From Candidatus Xenobia bacterium (lineage in GTDB: Bacteria > Vulcanimicrobiota > Xenobia > Xenobiales > QWHO01), in contig BTUM01000033.1 in assembly GCA_045863235.1 (NCBI GenBank), positions 1 through 64,000 on the forward strand: a DNA stretch of 64,000 nt, given 5' to 3'. Under the pieces are notes generated by a model, which worked only from the letters and a program-made list of their open reading frames with translations, did no database searches and had not been told where the DNA came from. Of the stretch, positions 19,081 to 28,548 are shown piece after piece. Made by a program: the position numbers and the translations under genes. Positions within the stretch are counted from its first letter, which is position 1. Every line of letters starts with the position of its first letter.

Positions 19081-19490
19081 CCCCGCCCCGACTGATCGCC
19101 GGGATCCTGATCAGCTTCGTGCTGGTTCAGATCTCTTTCGTGACCATGGCCTCGCGCAGCTTCGAAGGCCCTGACCAGCCTGGATACTACAAGATGGGCC
19201 TGGAGCACGACCGCCTGATGCGCCCCCAGCGCCAGGGCTGGCACGTCCAGCACAACCTCCCCCAGCGCCTGCAGGCAGGCCAGAGCTTCCATCTCGAGGC
19301 CCGGGCCGTGGACGCCAACCAGCAACCGGTCCAGGGCAACCTGACCGTGCGCGTGGGGCGTCCCGCCACCCGCAGCCAGGACCGCCAGCTGACCCTGCCG
19401 GCCGATTGGCAGCCGGCTCCGGGCTGGTGGGACGTGGTCTTCGAGCTGGACGGCCAGCGCCTGGACAAAGTGCGCGTGGCCGCCCGATGA
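19077..19490 (+). CDS. ccoH: FixH-like assembly protein
   Basis: N-terminal TM helix, YYKMGL, operon position. Confidence 0.75.
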   Translation: MTPPRLIAGILISFVLVQISFVTMASRSFEGPDQPGYYKMGLEHDRLMRPQRQGWHVQHNLPQRLQAGQSFHLEARAVDANQQPVQGNLTVRVGRPATRSQDRQLTLPADWQPAPGWWDVVFELDGQRLDKVRVAAR

Positions 19491-21760
19491 CTTGCCGCCA
19501 CTGCGGCCTGCCCTCCAGCGCCGACTTCTGCTGCTCTGGCTGCGAGGCGGTCTACAGCTGCATCCACTCGCTGGGCCTGGACGACTACTACCGCTTCCGC
19601 ACCGGGCCGCCGGACGCTCCGGCCGAGCTGCCAGCCTCGGCGGCCCACTACGATCGACCCGAGATCTCCCGGCGCTACGCCGTGGGTGACAGCTGGCACA
19701 TCCTGGTGGATGGCCTGCACTGCGCCGCCTGCGCCTGGCTGGTGGAGCAGGCCCTGCAGCGCCTCGAGGGGGTGCGAGAAGCCCGGGTCAACTACGCCAC
19801 CTCGCGCCTCAAGGTCAGCGGCAGCGCGACCCTGGGCGCGGTGGTGGCGGCCGTGCAGGCACTGGGGTATCGGGCCACACCCTACCATCCCGATCTGCAG
19901 GAGCGTCCCCGTGCAGAAGAGGACCGCACCCTGCTGCGCCGCCTGGCGGTGGCCGGCTGCGCCGCCGGCAACATCATGCTGATGGCAGCCGCGCTCTACT
20001 CGGGGGCGGCCGAGGAGCAGCACTTCCAGACCCTGTTTCACCAGGTGAGCCTGCTGCTGGTTCTGCCGGTGGTGCTCTACTCGGCCGTGCCCTTCTGGAA
20101 GGGAGCCTGGAGCGCCCTCAAGGCCCGCACCCTGACCATGGACGTGCCCATCGCGCTGGGCCTGGGAATCACGTTCCTGGCCAGCCTGGTGGGGTCCCAG
20201 GTCTACTACGACACGGTGGCCATGTTCGTCTTCGTGCTCTTGATCGGCCGCTACCTCGAACGCCTGGCCCGAGGCCGGGTGAGCTCGACACTCGAGCGCC
20301 TGCTGGCGCTGCAGGTCGAGACGGCCCGCCTGGCAGACGGCAGCGAGGTGCCGGTGGAGCAGCTCGAGCCCGGCGCGCGGGTCGTGGTCGGTCCGGGCTG
20401 TCGCCTGCCGGCCGATGGCCGGGTGGAGAGCGGGCGCGCCTTCGTGGACGAGTCCATGCTGACAGGCGAGTCCCGCCCGCGGGCGGTCGAGCCAGGCGAG
20501 ACCGTGCTGGGAGGGAGCCTCAACCTGGACGGCTCGCTGCTCGTGCGGGTGACGGCCGTGGGCAGTCAGAGCGTGCTGGCCCGCCTGGCCCGCCGGGTGG
20601 AGGAGGCCCAGAGCCAGCGGGCCCCCATCGGCCGTCTGGCCGACCAGGCCGCGCGGCGCTTCCTTGTGGTGGTGCACTCGCTGGCTGCTCTGACCTTCCT
20701 GGCCTGGCAACTGGTCGACCCCGCCCGAGCCGTGGAGGTGGCCGTGTCGGTGCTGATCATCACCTGCCCCTGCGCTCTCGGGCTGGCTACCCCGCTGGTG
20801 GTGGCCGTGGCCACCGGTCGCGCCGCCGCCAGAGGCCTTCTCTTCCGGGGAGGAGAAGCTCTGGAAGCCTGTCGGGCCGTGACCACGGTGGTGCTGGACA
20901 AGACCGGAACGTTGACCGAGGGCCGTCTGCAACTCGACGAAATCGTCTGCGAGCCCGGTCGTGAGCGGCACTGGTTGCGGCTGGCCGCCGCCGCCGAGCA
21001 GAGCTGCCCCCACCCCCTGGGCCGCTCGCTGGTGGCCGCCTGGGGTGAGGAGCCGCTGCCGGCGGTCGAGGATCTGGAGAGCCTGCCCGGGTTGGGCCTG
21101 CGCTGCCGGGTGGAGGGCCATCGCCTGGCGGTTGGCAGTCGAGCCCTGGTCAGCCAGGGAAGCTCTCAGCGGCCCGGTTGCACCATGGTTTACCTGGAGG
21201 TAGACGGAAGGTTGGAGGCTTGCTTTGCTCTCTCCGACCGCCTCCGCCCGGAGGCGAGCGAAGTGGTGGGACAGCTGCGCCGAAGAGGCTTGAAGCTGAT
21301 CCTGGCCAGCGGCGATCAGGCCTCCTGCGTGGAGGAAGTGGCCACTCGCCTGAGCCTGGATCATTCCTACGCGGGCATGCTGCCCGAGGACAAGCATACC
21401 CTGGTGCGCGAGCTCGAGGCCCGGGGTGAGCGGGTGGCCATGGTGGGCGACGGAGTGAACGACGCCCCCGCCCTGTCGGCCGCTACCCTGGGCGTAGCCG
21501 TTGAGAACGGCACCGATCTGGCCTGCGAGGCAGCCGACCTGGTGCTGCGCCGGCCGGGCCTGGCTCCGCTGGAGGAGGCCTTCGCCCTGGCCGAGAGCGC
21601 CTGGGGGCGCCTGCTGGCCAACCTGGGCCTGGCCCTGACCTACAACCTGATCGCCATCCCCAGCGCCATGCTCGGCCTGGTTTCGCCGCTCTTTGCGGCT
21701 GTGGCCATGCCGCTCTCGTCGCTGGCGGTCGTGCTCAACTCCATCAGGAGAAGCCCGTGA
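19487..21760 (+). CDS. ccoI: Heavy-metal (Cu) P1B-type ATPase
   Basis: CRHC..FCCSGC, CAAC, TGES, CPCALG, DKTGTLT, GDGVND. Confidence 0.95.
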   Translation: MTCRHCGLPSSADFCCSGCEAVYSCIHSLGLDDYYRFRTGPPDAPAELPASAAHYDRPEISRRYAVGDSWHILVDGLHCAACAWLVEQALQRLEGVREARVNYATSRLKVSGSATLGAVVAAVQALGYRATPYHPDLQERPRAEEDRTLLRRLAVAGCAAGNIMLMAAALYSGAAEEQHFQTLFHQVSLLLVLPVVLYSAVPFWKGAWSALKARTLTMDVPIALGLGITFLASLVGSQVYYDTVAMFVFVLLIGRYLERLARGRVSSTLERLLALQVETARLADGSEVPVEQLEPGARVVVGPGCRLPADGRVESGRAFVDESMLTGESRPRAVEPGETVLGGSLNLDGSLLVRVTAVGSQSVLARLARRVEEAQSQRAPIGRLADQAARRFLVVVHSLAALTFLAWQLVDPARAVEVAVSVLIITCPCALGLATPLVVAVATGRAAARGLLFRGGEALEACRAVTTVVLDKTGTLTEGRLQLDEIVCEPGRERHWLRLAAAAEQSCPHPLGRSLVAAWGEEPLPAVEDLESLPGLGLRCRVEGHRLAVGSRALVSQGSSQRPGCTMVYLEVDGRLEACFALSDRLRPEASEVVGQLRRRGLKLILASGDQASCVEEVATRLSLDHSYAGMLPEDKHTLVRELEARGERVAMVGDGVNDAPALSAATLGVAVENGTDLACEAADLVLRRPGLAPLEEAFALAESAWGRLLANLGLALTYNLIAIPSAMLGLVSPLFAAVAMPLSSLAVVLNSIRRSP

Positions 21761-21903
21761 GCGCCATCTTCTACCTTCTACCGCTGGCCATCATCCTGGC
21801 CCTGGTCGGGCTGGGCGGCTTTTTCTGGGCCGTTTCGGATGGCCAGTTCGACGACCTGGAGGGGCCCCGCTGGCGGGTGCTGTTCGACAAAGATGAGTCT
21901 TGA
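21757..21903 (+). CDS. ccoS: cbb3 oxidase maturation protein (48 aa, not in ORF track)
   Basis: [48 protein letters not shown]. Confidence 0.92.
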   Translation: MSAIFYLLPLAIILALVGLGGFFWAVSDGQFDDLEGPRWRVLFDKDES

Positions 21904-22459
21904 GATGATGCTGTTGGGTCTGGTGGGCAGCACGCACTGCCTGGGCATGTGCAGCGGCTTCGTGCTGGCCACCGGCAAGCGGGCCCCGGCCTACCAGGCG
22001 GGGCGATTGCTGGGCTACTCGCTGGTAGGCGCGGCCATGGCCACGGCCGGTTGGGCCGCCCGACTGGGACTGGGCAGCCGCCTGTTCATGGTCCTTGCCG
22101 GTCTTGCGATGGTGGCTCTGGCGGCCAACCTGCTGCCCGCCCGCCCGCCGCTCTGGGGGTATCTGCTGCGAGCCTTCGGGCCGCTGCTGCGGCGCCCGTT
22201 CTTCCTGGGCCTGTTGACGGCCGTGCTCCCTTGCGGCTTGCTGGCGGCCGCCTGGATGCAGGCAGCCGCCAGCGGCTCGACCCTGCAGGGCGCGCTCTTC
22301 ATGGCCTGTTTCTGGTTGGGGACGCTGCCGGCTCTCAGTTTTGCCCACCTCTTGTCGCCCCTGGCCCGACGCTGGCCCCGGGCGGGCAGCCTGGTAATAC
22401 TCTGGCTGGGCCTGATCATGCTCTGGCGGGCCTGGCGTGGGGAGGTCTGGTGCGGATGA
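21893..22459 (+). CDS. DsbD_2 / TauE-SafE-like membrane protein
   Basis: GSTHCLGMC, YQAGRLLGY, LPCG, FWLGTLP. Confidence 0.85.
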   Translation: MSLEMMLLGLVGSTHCLGMCSGFVLATGKRAPAYQAGRLLGYSLVGAAMATAGWAARLGLGSRLFMVLAGLAMVALAANLLPARPPLWGYLLRAFGPLLRRPFFLGLLTAVLPCGLLAAAWMQAAASGSTLQGALFMACFWLGTLPALSFAHLLSPLARRWPRAGSLVILWLGLIMLWRAWRGEVWCG

Positions 22460-23340
22460 TGAAGCGCGTTGCGGTGGCTCTGGATGGCACTCCTCAGGCC
22501 GAACAGGCCCTGATCTATGCCCGTTCGCTGGCTTACGAGCTGGTCTTGATCCGGGTCGTGAGAGAGCGGATGGTGGAGGAGCTGGAGGAAGGATCGGCTC
22601 AGGAGGCAGCCCACTACCTGCACCAGGTGGCCACTGCCCTGCGCGAGCGGGGCCAACCCTGCACCGTCCGACTGGCCTCGGGTCAGACCGCCTCGGCCCT
22701 GCTCGAGAGCCTGCAAGACTGCGAGCTCCTGGTCATCTGCTCGCAGGGTCGCACGGGCCTGGCGGGCTGGCTGAAGCCCAGCGTGGCCGCCCGGGTGGCC
22801 GCTCGAGCCAGCTGCCCGGTGCTGGTGGTGCGCTCGGGAGAGCCAGGCAGCCTGGAAAGCAAGCTGACGGGGCCGCAATGGGCCCCCCGCCGGGCCCTGG
22901 TGGCCCTGGACACGACCAGCTTCTCGGAAGGAGCCCTGCCAGCCGCCTGCTCGCTCCTGACCCAACGCCCGGCCCAGCTGGTCTTGCTCGGTGCCAGCGG
23001 CCTGCCGCCCGTGGACTCGGATTCGCCCGAGTTCTCCGCGCGCCGGGTGCAGCTGGCCCGCCTGGGTCAGTATCTCCAGCGCGCCGGCGAGGATGCCCGG
23101 GCCGAAGACCTGCAGGTTTCCTGGCGGGTGGAGGACTCCACCGCCAGCGAAGCGATCCTGGACTGGGCCGAGCGCGAGCGAGCCGAGGTGGTCTGCCTGG
23201 CCACCCACGGTCGCACGGGGGCAGCCCGCTGGCTGCTTGGCAGCGTCAGCGAGAAGGTGCTGCGCAAAAGCCGCCGGCCGGTCCTGCTGGTCAATCCTCG
23301 TTCTTTGAGACGACCAGCTGATCGCGCAGGGCGCGAATGA
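22456..23340 (+). CDS. Tandem universal stress protein
   Basis: VALDG, GRTGLAGW..SVA, THGRTGAARWLLGSVSEKV. Confidence 0.9.
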   Translation: MMKRVAVALDGTPQAEQALIYARSLAYELVLIRVVRERMVEELEEGSAQEAAHYLHQVATALRERGQPCTVRLASGQTASALLESLQDCELLVICSQGRTGLAGWLKPSVAARVAARASCPVLVVRSGEPGSLESKLTGPQWAPRRALVALDTTSFSEGALPAACSLLTQRPAQLVLLGASGLPPVDSDSPEFSARRVQLARLGQYLQRAGEDARAEDLQVSWRVEDSTASEAILDWAERERAEVVCLATHGRTGAARWLLGSVSEKVLRKSRRPVLLVNPRSLRRPADRAGRE

Positions 23341-23758
23341 GGTCCAGACTGGAAACGATGCCTACCACCTGACTCGAGCGCAGCACCAGGATGCGATGGA
23401 TGCGACGGTCCAACATCAAATCAGCCAGCTCGAGCAGGCTGGTTTCCTCGTGGGCAAAGTAAGCGTACGGCGCCATGATGTCGGCCACCAGGGCCTCGCC
23501 CATGGCGGGCAGCTCCCCCGGAACCCCCAGCCAGACGCCCTGGTAGTAGCCGTGGGGGTCGCGGCTGGTGGGCAGAGCGTGCGAGGCATAGGCGGCCACG
23601 TCGGTCTGCGACACGACCCCCACCAGCTTGCCCGACTCGTCCACCACCGGAACCCCTGAGATGCGGGCGTGCGCAAGCAGGCTGGCCAGCTCGCGCACGC
23701 TCTTCTCGGGACGAATGGTCAACACTTCTCTGGTCATGATATCGGCAACGGTTCGCAT
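23291..23758 (-). CDS. CBS-domain protein
   Basis: VADIMT, ISGVPVVD, GIVSSLD. Confidence 0.9.
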   Translation of the reverse strand: MRTVADIMTREVLTIRPEKSVRELASLLAHARISGVPVVDESGKLVGVVSQTDVAAYASHALPTSRDPHGYYQGVWLGVPGELPAMGEALVADIMAPYAYFAHEETSLLELADLMLDRRIHRILVLRSSQVVGIVSSLDLIRALRDQLVVSKNED

Positions 23759-23768
23759 CCTATGGCTC

Positions 23769-23838
23769 AATCTAGCGGTCCCCGAGTCGACTTGGAATGA
23801 TCCGGATCATTCTGCCCCGACCTGTCGCGGGTTATGCT
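23769..23838. promoter_or_regulatory. Bidirectional Fnr-like promoter
   Basis: Perfect palindrome GAATGATCCGGATCATTC (23795-23812) with symmetric -10s: TATGCT (+, 23833-23838) and TAGATT (-, 23774-23769). Confidence 0.8.
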
Positions 23839-23874
23839 GGCACTGCGGGGAAACCCGCCAAGGAGGCCGCCTTC

Positions 23875-24438
23875 ATGAGCAAGGAACACGTGAACTGCCC
23901 GAACCTTCAACGTGAGGCCGAGATCGAGCTGTCCGACGGCAAAGTGACCGCCTGCAACCTCTGGCACGAGGGCCGCCCCAGCTGTCAGGGAGAGTGTGTC
24001 ACCGCGCCTCGAGTGCGCGACATCATGCAGCGAGAGGTGATCGCGATCCGGGAAACGGCCAGCCTGGCCGAGTTGGCCCGCGTTCTGGCCGAGAACCGCA
24101 TCTCCGGCGTGCCGGTGATCGACCGAAAGCGTCGCCTGCTGGGAGTGATCTCAGCCTATGACCTGGCCCGCGGCAAGGCGCGGGCCAATGCCTTCTACAA
24201 CGAAACCTTCATGGTGGACGAGTTGCTCGACGGCTACTACAGTCACGAGAACTCGAGGGTGCGCGACCTGATGACCTCGGCTGTCCACCGGGTAGAGGAG
24301 GTGACCCTGGTCAGGGACGTGGTGGACATCATGCTCAGAGAGCAGATCCACCGGGTGATCGTGACCCGGGGCGAGGAACTGACCGGCATCGTGACCACCT
24401 CGGACATGTTGCAGGTGCTCTCGCGCCTGCTCTCCTGA
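23875..24438 (+). CDS. CBS-domain protein with N-terminal 4-Cys module
   Basis: RBS AAGGAGG; C-x18-C-x9-C-x3-C followed by two CBS repeats. Confidence 0.88.
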   Translation: MSKEHVNCPNLQREAEIELSDGKVTACNLWHEGRPSCQGECVTAPRVRDIMQREVIAIRETASLAELARVLAENRISGVPVIDRKRRLLGVISAYDLARGKARANAFYNETFMVDELLDGYYSHENSRVRDLMTSAVHRVEEVTLVRDVVDIMLREQIHRVIVTRGEELTGIVTTSDMLQVLSRLLS

Positions 24439-24777
24439 TCAGGCCGAAAACAGGCTGAAGAAGGGTTTGGCCTGGCCGCTCTTTTGGGAGGTGGGCCCCT
24501 TGAGCCGGGGCGGCTGGTCGAAGTCGCCCAGGGCATCGGTCACCTTGGGAAGGTCGCTGTCCGAGTCGGAGGGATAGGCACAGGTGGTCAGGTCTGCGTC
24601 ATGGTCGGAAGGGTGCCTGCACGTGGTCTTCGTCGGAACGGGCACGACCAGCGGACCGGCGACCGGTTGAGCCTCCAACACCTGCTCGAAGAAGGGCTCG
24701 GGTCGAGCCAGCGTGGCGGCGGCCACCAGGGCCCCGCCGGCGAACAGGCAATCGGTGAGAAATCGGCGGCGTGTCAT
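24439..24777 (-). CDS. Tat-signal small protein with microviridin-like leader/core motifs
   Basis: MTRRRFL plus hydrophobic region; PFFEQVLEAQ; TCRHPSDHD and TCAYPSDSD. Confidence 0.65.
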   Translation of the reverse strand: MTRRRFLTDCLFAGGALVAAATLARPEPFFEQVLEAQPVAGPLVVPVPTKTTCRHPSDHDADLTTCAYPSDSDSDLPKVTDALGDFDQPPRLKGPTSQKSGQAKPFFSLFSA

Positions 24778-24882
24778 GCCGGGTTGGTCGTGCTCAGCAC
24801 GACTTTATTTCTGCCGTGTCGTCGCGCTCGAAATGCTCGGCCTCGGCGGGCATTGGCGGAGGCCAGCCACCCGGCGGCTCAG

Positions 24883-26079
24883 TCAGCGTCTCTTCTTGAG
24901 CTGCACATTGCCGACCTGGACGGAGCTCTCGCCTTCCGAGATACCCGGGCGCGGCTGGCCGGCGATCGCGACCAGCTCACGCGGAATGAGACCTTTGAGC
25001 GTGCCTTCCGTCTTGAGCACCAGCACACCGTCCGGCCCGACGGCCGGCCCATGATGGGAGGGACCGCGGGAGGGCTCGTTCCAAAGCTCCTTGCCCGTGG
25101 CCGGGTCGAGGCCGGTAATCTGGCCGTCCGGATGCGTGACGATCAGGCCTTTTTCGGTGGCCTGAACATTGCTGAAGGGACCGTTCCAGCCGCACTCCCC
25201 GTTGATCTGGTAGCTCCAGAGCTGGCGCCCGGTCTGGGCCTCGCGCATGCGAAGCTGGCGGCCGTCGCGAACCACGACCCCGCCGGGAACGGCGAACAGG
25301 TCGGTGCTTGCGTCGGCGGACTCCGACCACAGCTTCCGGCCGGTCTTGGGGTCCACCGCTCTGAGCGAGTGGCTCGTACCGAGCAGCTTGAACATCTTTT
25401 CCTTGAGATAGTAAACAGGCCCGTCCGCCACCGAGACCTGGCGATCGTAGCTTTTGCTCCAGATCTGCGTCCCGGCCGAATCGAAAGCCAAAAGCCGAGT
25501 GGTCTCGCCAGCGTAGATCCCGCAGGTCGCCAGGATCACGCCCTGGGTGTGCGCGAGAGGACTGACCTCGCTGCCCGTGCCCGTGCTCCAGAGCTCCTTA
25601 CCCGTGTCTCCGTCGAAAGCCACCAGTGAGGCGCTCTGGCCGGCGATGACGTTGCCGTTGGGGGTCACCAGCGGCTGGCGGCCCCAGCTGCCCCCCATGG
25701 GCTGGCGCCAGACCTCGCGGCGTGTGGCCGGGTCATACACGAAGAGGGCGCCCCTCTCCTGACACACCACCCGGTCTCCGAGCAGAGCCGGGCTGCTGGC
25801 CGAATCAACCGGGATCGAGAACTTTTCCTCGCCACTGCGAAGATCCACCGCCTGAATCTTGCGATCGGCCACCTGGAAGACCAGCCCGTTCTGCCCCACC
25901 AGGGGCCGGTGGATGGCGACGGCGTACTGGGTGGAGGGGGTGGCCCAGGTCTTGGGATAGCGCGGCGAACCCTCTTTCGAGCCGCTCAAGAGCACGGCGT
26001 CAGCAGCCTCGTCCAGGCCGATGGAGGCCGGTACCGAGGCGCGCGCTGGGGCGGTCCAGGCGAGCGGGCGGATCACCAT
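24883..26079 (-). CDS. PQQ-binding-like beta-propeller repeat protein, no signal peptide
   Basis: Repeated AxDxxTGKxLW blades. Confidence 0.85.
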   Translation of the reverse strand: MVIRPLAWTAPARASVPASIGLDEAADAVLLSGSKEGSPRYPKTWATPSTQYAVAIHRPLVGQNGLVFQVADRKIQAVDLRSGEEKFSIPVDSASSPALLGDRVVCQERGALFVYDPATRREVWRQPMGGSWGRQPLVTPNGNVIAGQSASLVAFDGDTGKELWSTGTGSEVSPLAHTQGVILATCGIYAGETTRLLAFDSAGTQIWSKSYDRQVSVADGPVYYLKEKMFKLLGTSHSLRAVDPKTGRKLWSESADASTDLFAVPGGVVVRDGRQLRMREAQTGRQLWSYQINGECGWNGPFSNVQATEKGLIVTHPDGQITGLDPATGKELWNEPSRGPSHHGPAVGPDGVLVLKTEGTLKGLIPRELVAIAGQPRPGISEGESSVQVGNVQLKKRR

Positions 26080-26224
26080 GGCCTCAGAATAGACAATGAG
26101 TCTGAAAATTCCCTGGCGCCTTCAAGCGCGGGGGAACTTCTCACCTCCGGGGCCCGTCCGATGGTTGCTGCCCTGAGAGAAACTGGCCAGCACAGGAGGT
26201 CTGAGTCTCAGGTCGCCAGGCAAA

Positions 26225-26268
26225 TTTGACGAACGTCAAAGATTTATCCCAACCACTCCTGTTATGCT
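26225..26268 (+). promoter_or_regulatory. Palindromic Fnr/Crp-type site and extended -10
   Basis: TTTGAC-GAAC-GTCAAA (26225-26240), then TGT-TATGCT (hexamer 26263-26268). Confidence 0.55.
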
Positions 26269-26304
26269 GAAGTACCACCTTTATCACCAAGGGAGCGCCC
26301 GCCG

Positions 26305-27240
26305 ATGCAGATTGGTCAGTTCAACACCTTGACTCCAAGCTTCTTCGGTGGCGGTTTCTCCTTCTCACCGCTCGGCGGCGGTCAACCAAACAGTCTGCTC
26401 GGTCCAAGTTTTCCGGGGGGAGCGAGCCTCATCGGCCTTCTGACCCAGGTGCTGCAGTCCTTCACGCAGCTCGGTCAGGGCTGGTCGGGCTACCTGGGCG
26501 GTGGTCCCGCGACGCCAGGGTTCGGTCCGGGGGGTCCCGGACAGCTGTCACCCGGCCTCTACGGCTCGGGAGCTCGCCCCACCGGGTTCGTCGGTTACGG
26601 TGGCGGCGCGAGCTTCAACCCTAACCCGGGCTTCGGCCCCACGGGTCAGGGAATGCCCGGTCCCACCGATCCCGGTGAGTTCGCGAGCTACCTGCAGGCG
26701 CAGAGGCTCGGAGGCTCGCTGGAGGGCAAAACAGGAATCGCTCAGAACGACGCCATTCCCGGCACACGATTCGGCAGCGAGCCCGATCCTACCCTGTGGC
26801 ACGCCTCGGTGGCCCGCAACTACGCCGCCCAGTTCGCCGCTTACGCCATCGGGGCCGACCCCCTGACCGCCCAGGGTCTGCAACAGGGTCAGAACGCCTT
26901 CCCGCAAATGGCTCCCGAGGCCCAGCTCTTCATGCAGGTGGCCTCCGTTTTCAAGGGCAACATGTTCAACGGCCCGGGCAACTATGACAACCCGGGGTTG
27001 GGGCGCCTGCTGCAGAGCACCGGCAACGGCGATCTGATCAACAACCCGCAGGTGGGCCAGACCGACGTGCAGACCATCGGGGCCATCACCCAGGCTCTCA
27101 ATCGCGGCACGCTGACGCTCAACCAGGTCATCCAGAGCGGCACCATCGACAATCTCGACCGCTACTCCACCATCATCAACTACGTGCAGAGCGGTGGGTT
27201 CCGAAACGACGTGTCCCGCTACGAAAGCCGGCCCTTCTGA
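26305..27240 (+). CDS. Gly/Pro/Gln-rich Cys-free hypothetical protein (harpin-like composition)
   Basis: RBS AAGGGAG; 311 aa; no Cys; amphipathic LIGLLTQVLQSF between Gly-rich tracts. Confidence 0.75.
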   Translation: MQIGQFNTLTPSFFGGGFSFSPLGGGQPNSLLGPSFPGGASLIGLLTQVLQSFTQLGQGWSGYLGGGPATPGFGPGGPGQLSPGLYGSGARPTGFVGYGGGASFNPNPGFGPTGQGMPGPTDPGEFASYLQAQRLGGSLEGKTGIAQNDAIPGTRFGSEPDPTLWHASVARNYAAQFAAYAIGADPLTAQGLQQGQNAFPQMAPEAQLFMQVASVFKGNMFNGPGNYDNPGLGRLLQSTGNGDLINNPQVGQTDVQTIGAITQALNRGTLTLNQVIQSGTIDNLDRYSTIINYVQSGGFRNDVSRYESRPF

Positions 27241-27261
27241 GGAGAACCTGAGCCAGGCCTC

Positions 27262-27351
27262 GTCCGTGGACTGTCCTGAATAGGGCGCCCCCATTCGGGC
27301 GCATCCGTGGACGGCTCTGAATAGGGCCCCCATTCGGGCGCGTCCCTGGAC
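27262..27351. repeat. Tandem about 40-bp palindromic (REP-like) repeat, two full copies and one partial
   Basis: RTCCGTGGAC..CTGAATAGGGC(GC)CCCCATTCGGGCGC at 27262 and 27303, partial copy at 27342. Confidence 0.8.
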
Positions 27352-27353
27352 TC

Positions 27354-27395
27354 CTGACCTTCGTCATATCCTCCCCGGCGGGAGGACCCTAGAAT
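27354..27395 (+). promoter_or_regulatory. Fnr-like box and -10 of the Crp-family gene (leaderless)
   Basis: CTGAC-CTTC-GTCAT (27354-27367); TAGAAT at 27390-27395, 6 nt before the ATG. Confidence 0.65.
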
Positions 27396-27401
27396 CTCGG
27401 T

Positions 27402-28109
27402 ATGCTAACCCGAGATCGCCTGCCCGGCCAGCTGGCCGGCCTCCCCCCCGAAGAGCTCGACGCCCTGCTCCACGAGAGCCGGGTGGAGCACGCCCGCCAG
27501 GGCGACCACCTCTCCTGGCAGGGCCACGGCTGCTCGCGCTTCGGCTTCGTGCTCGAAGGCCAGGTGCGCGTCTACAAGCTCGGTCAGAACGGGCGCGAGG
27601 TCACGCTGTACCACCTCAATCCGGGAGACTGCTGCATTCTGGCCGCCTCATGCCTTCTCAGCGGCCACCCCTTCCCCGCCTTTGCCGTGGCCGAGACCGA
27701 GGTCGAGCTGCTCACCGTCTCGCCCAGCGTGCTCAAGGAGCTGGTGGCCACCCACGAGTTCTGGCGCAGCTACCTCTTCGGCATTCTGGCCCGCAGAATG
27801 GGCGACGTGATCGAGGTGGTGGAGGAAGTCACCTTCAAGCGCCTGGACTCGCGGTTGTCGGAGTTCTTGCTGGAGGCGGCCAGCCTGGAGGTGCGCCACA
27901 CCCATCAAGAGATCGCCGTCGAGCTGGGCAGCTCGCGCGAAGGCATCAGCCGGCTGCTCAAGGAGTTCGAGCGGCGCGGACTGGTCAGCCTGGCCCGCGG
28001 ACGCATCCGCCTGCTCGACCCGAAAGCCCTGCGTGACATGGTCACAGATCCGGCCGGGCCAATTGATCTACCCTGGAATCGACAACAAAGCAACGGGAGG
28101 TCGCAATGA
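27402..28109 (+). CDS. Crp/Fnr family transcriptional regulator
   Basis: GQVRVYK..GREVTLY; HTH THQEIAVELGSSREGISRLLK. Confidence 0.93.
   Translation: MLTRDRLPGQLAGLPPEELDALLHESRVEHARQGDHLSWQGHGCSRFGFVLEGQVRVYKLGQNGREVTLYHLNPGDCCILAASCLLSGHPFPAFAVAETEVELLTVSPSVLKELVATHEFWRSYLFGILARRMGDVIEVVEEVTFKRLDSRLSEFLLEAASLEVRHTHQEIAVELGSSREGISRLLKEFERRGLVSLARGRIRLLDPKALRDMVTDPAGPIDLPWNRQQSNGRSQ
28033..28074 (+). promoter_or_regulatory. Intragenic GTGAC-N3-GTCAC operator and -10 for the sulfur operon
   Basis: GTGACATGGTCAC (28033-28045), TACCCT at 28069-28074, inside the 3' end of the regulator ORF. Confidence 0.65.
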
Positions 28110-28519
28110 ACGACAAATTCTCCATCATCCTCTTCTCCGGCACCGTCGACAAGCTGATGGCGGCCAGCATCCTGGCCACAGGAGCCGCGGCCATGGGCAA
28201 GGATGTGAAGATTTTCCTGACCTTCTGGGGGCTGATGGCCTTCAAGAAGGATGCCTGGAAGACCAACCAGCGGATGAGCCGCGACTTTGAGGAATTTGCC
28301 GCGGCCGCCGCTCAGGCGATGCAAGAAAAGAAGGTCCCGGGCTGGCTCGAGACCCTCAAGAACGGAATGGAGGTAGGCAACATCCAGGTCAAAGCCTGCG
28401 GCATGACGGCCGACCTTTTCGGGCTGACCATGGCCGACTTCGAGGACGTGGTCAGCGAGGTGACCGGCGTGGCCAGCTTCGTGAACGAGAGCGAGGGCGG
28501 GCAGACGCTGTTCATCTAA
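28106..28519 (+). CDS. DsrE2/DrsE-like sulfur carrier protein
   Basis: FSGTVDKL, FLTFWGL, ACGMT.DLFG, GVASF, TLFI. Confidence 0.9.
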   Translation: MNDKFSIILFSGTVDKLMAASILATGAAAMGKDVKIFLTFWGLMAFKKDAWKTNQRMSRDFEEFAAAAAQAMQEKKVPGWLETLKNGMEVGNIQVKACGMTADLFGLTMADFEDVVSEVTGVASFVNESEGGQTLFI

Positions 28520-28548
28520 GACCACACAACACAAGGAGGGCCACCAAC

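Noticed and set aside
27262..27351. Possible mini CRISPR array
   Set aside because: Units are contiguous with no unique spacers and there are no cas genes.
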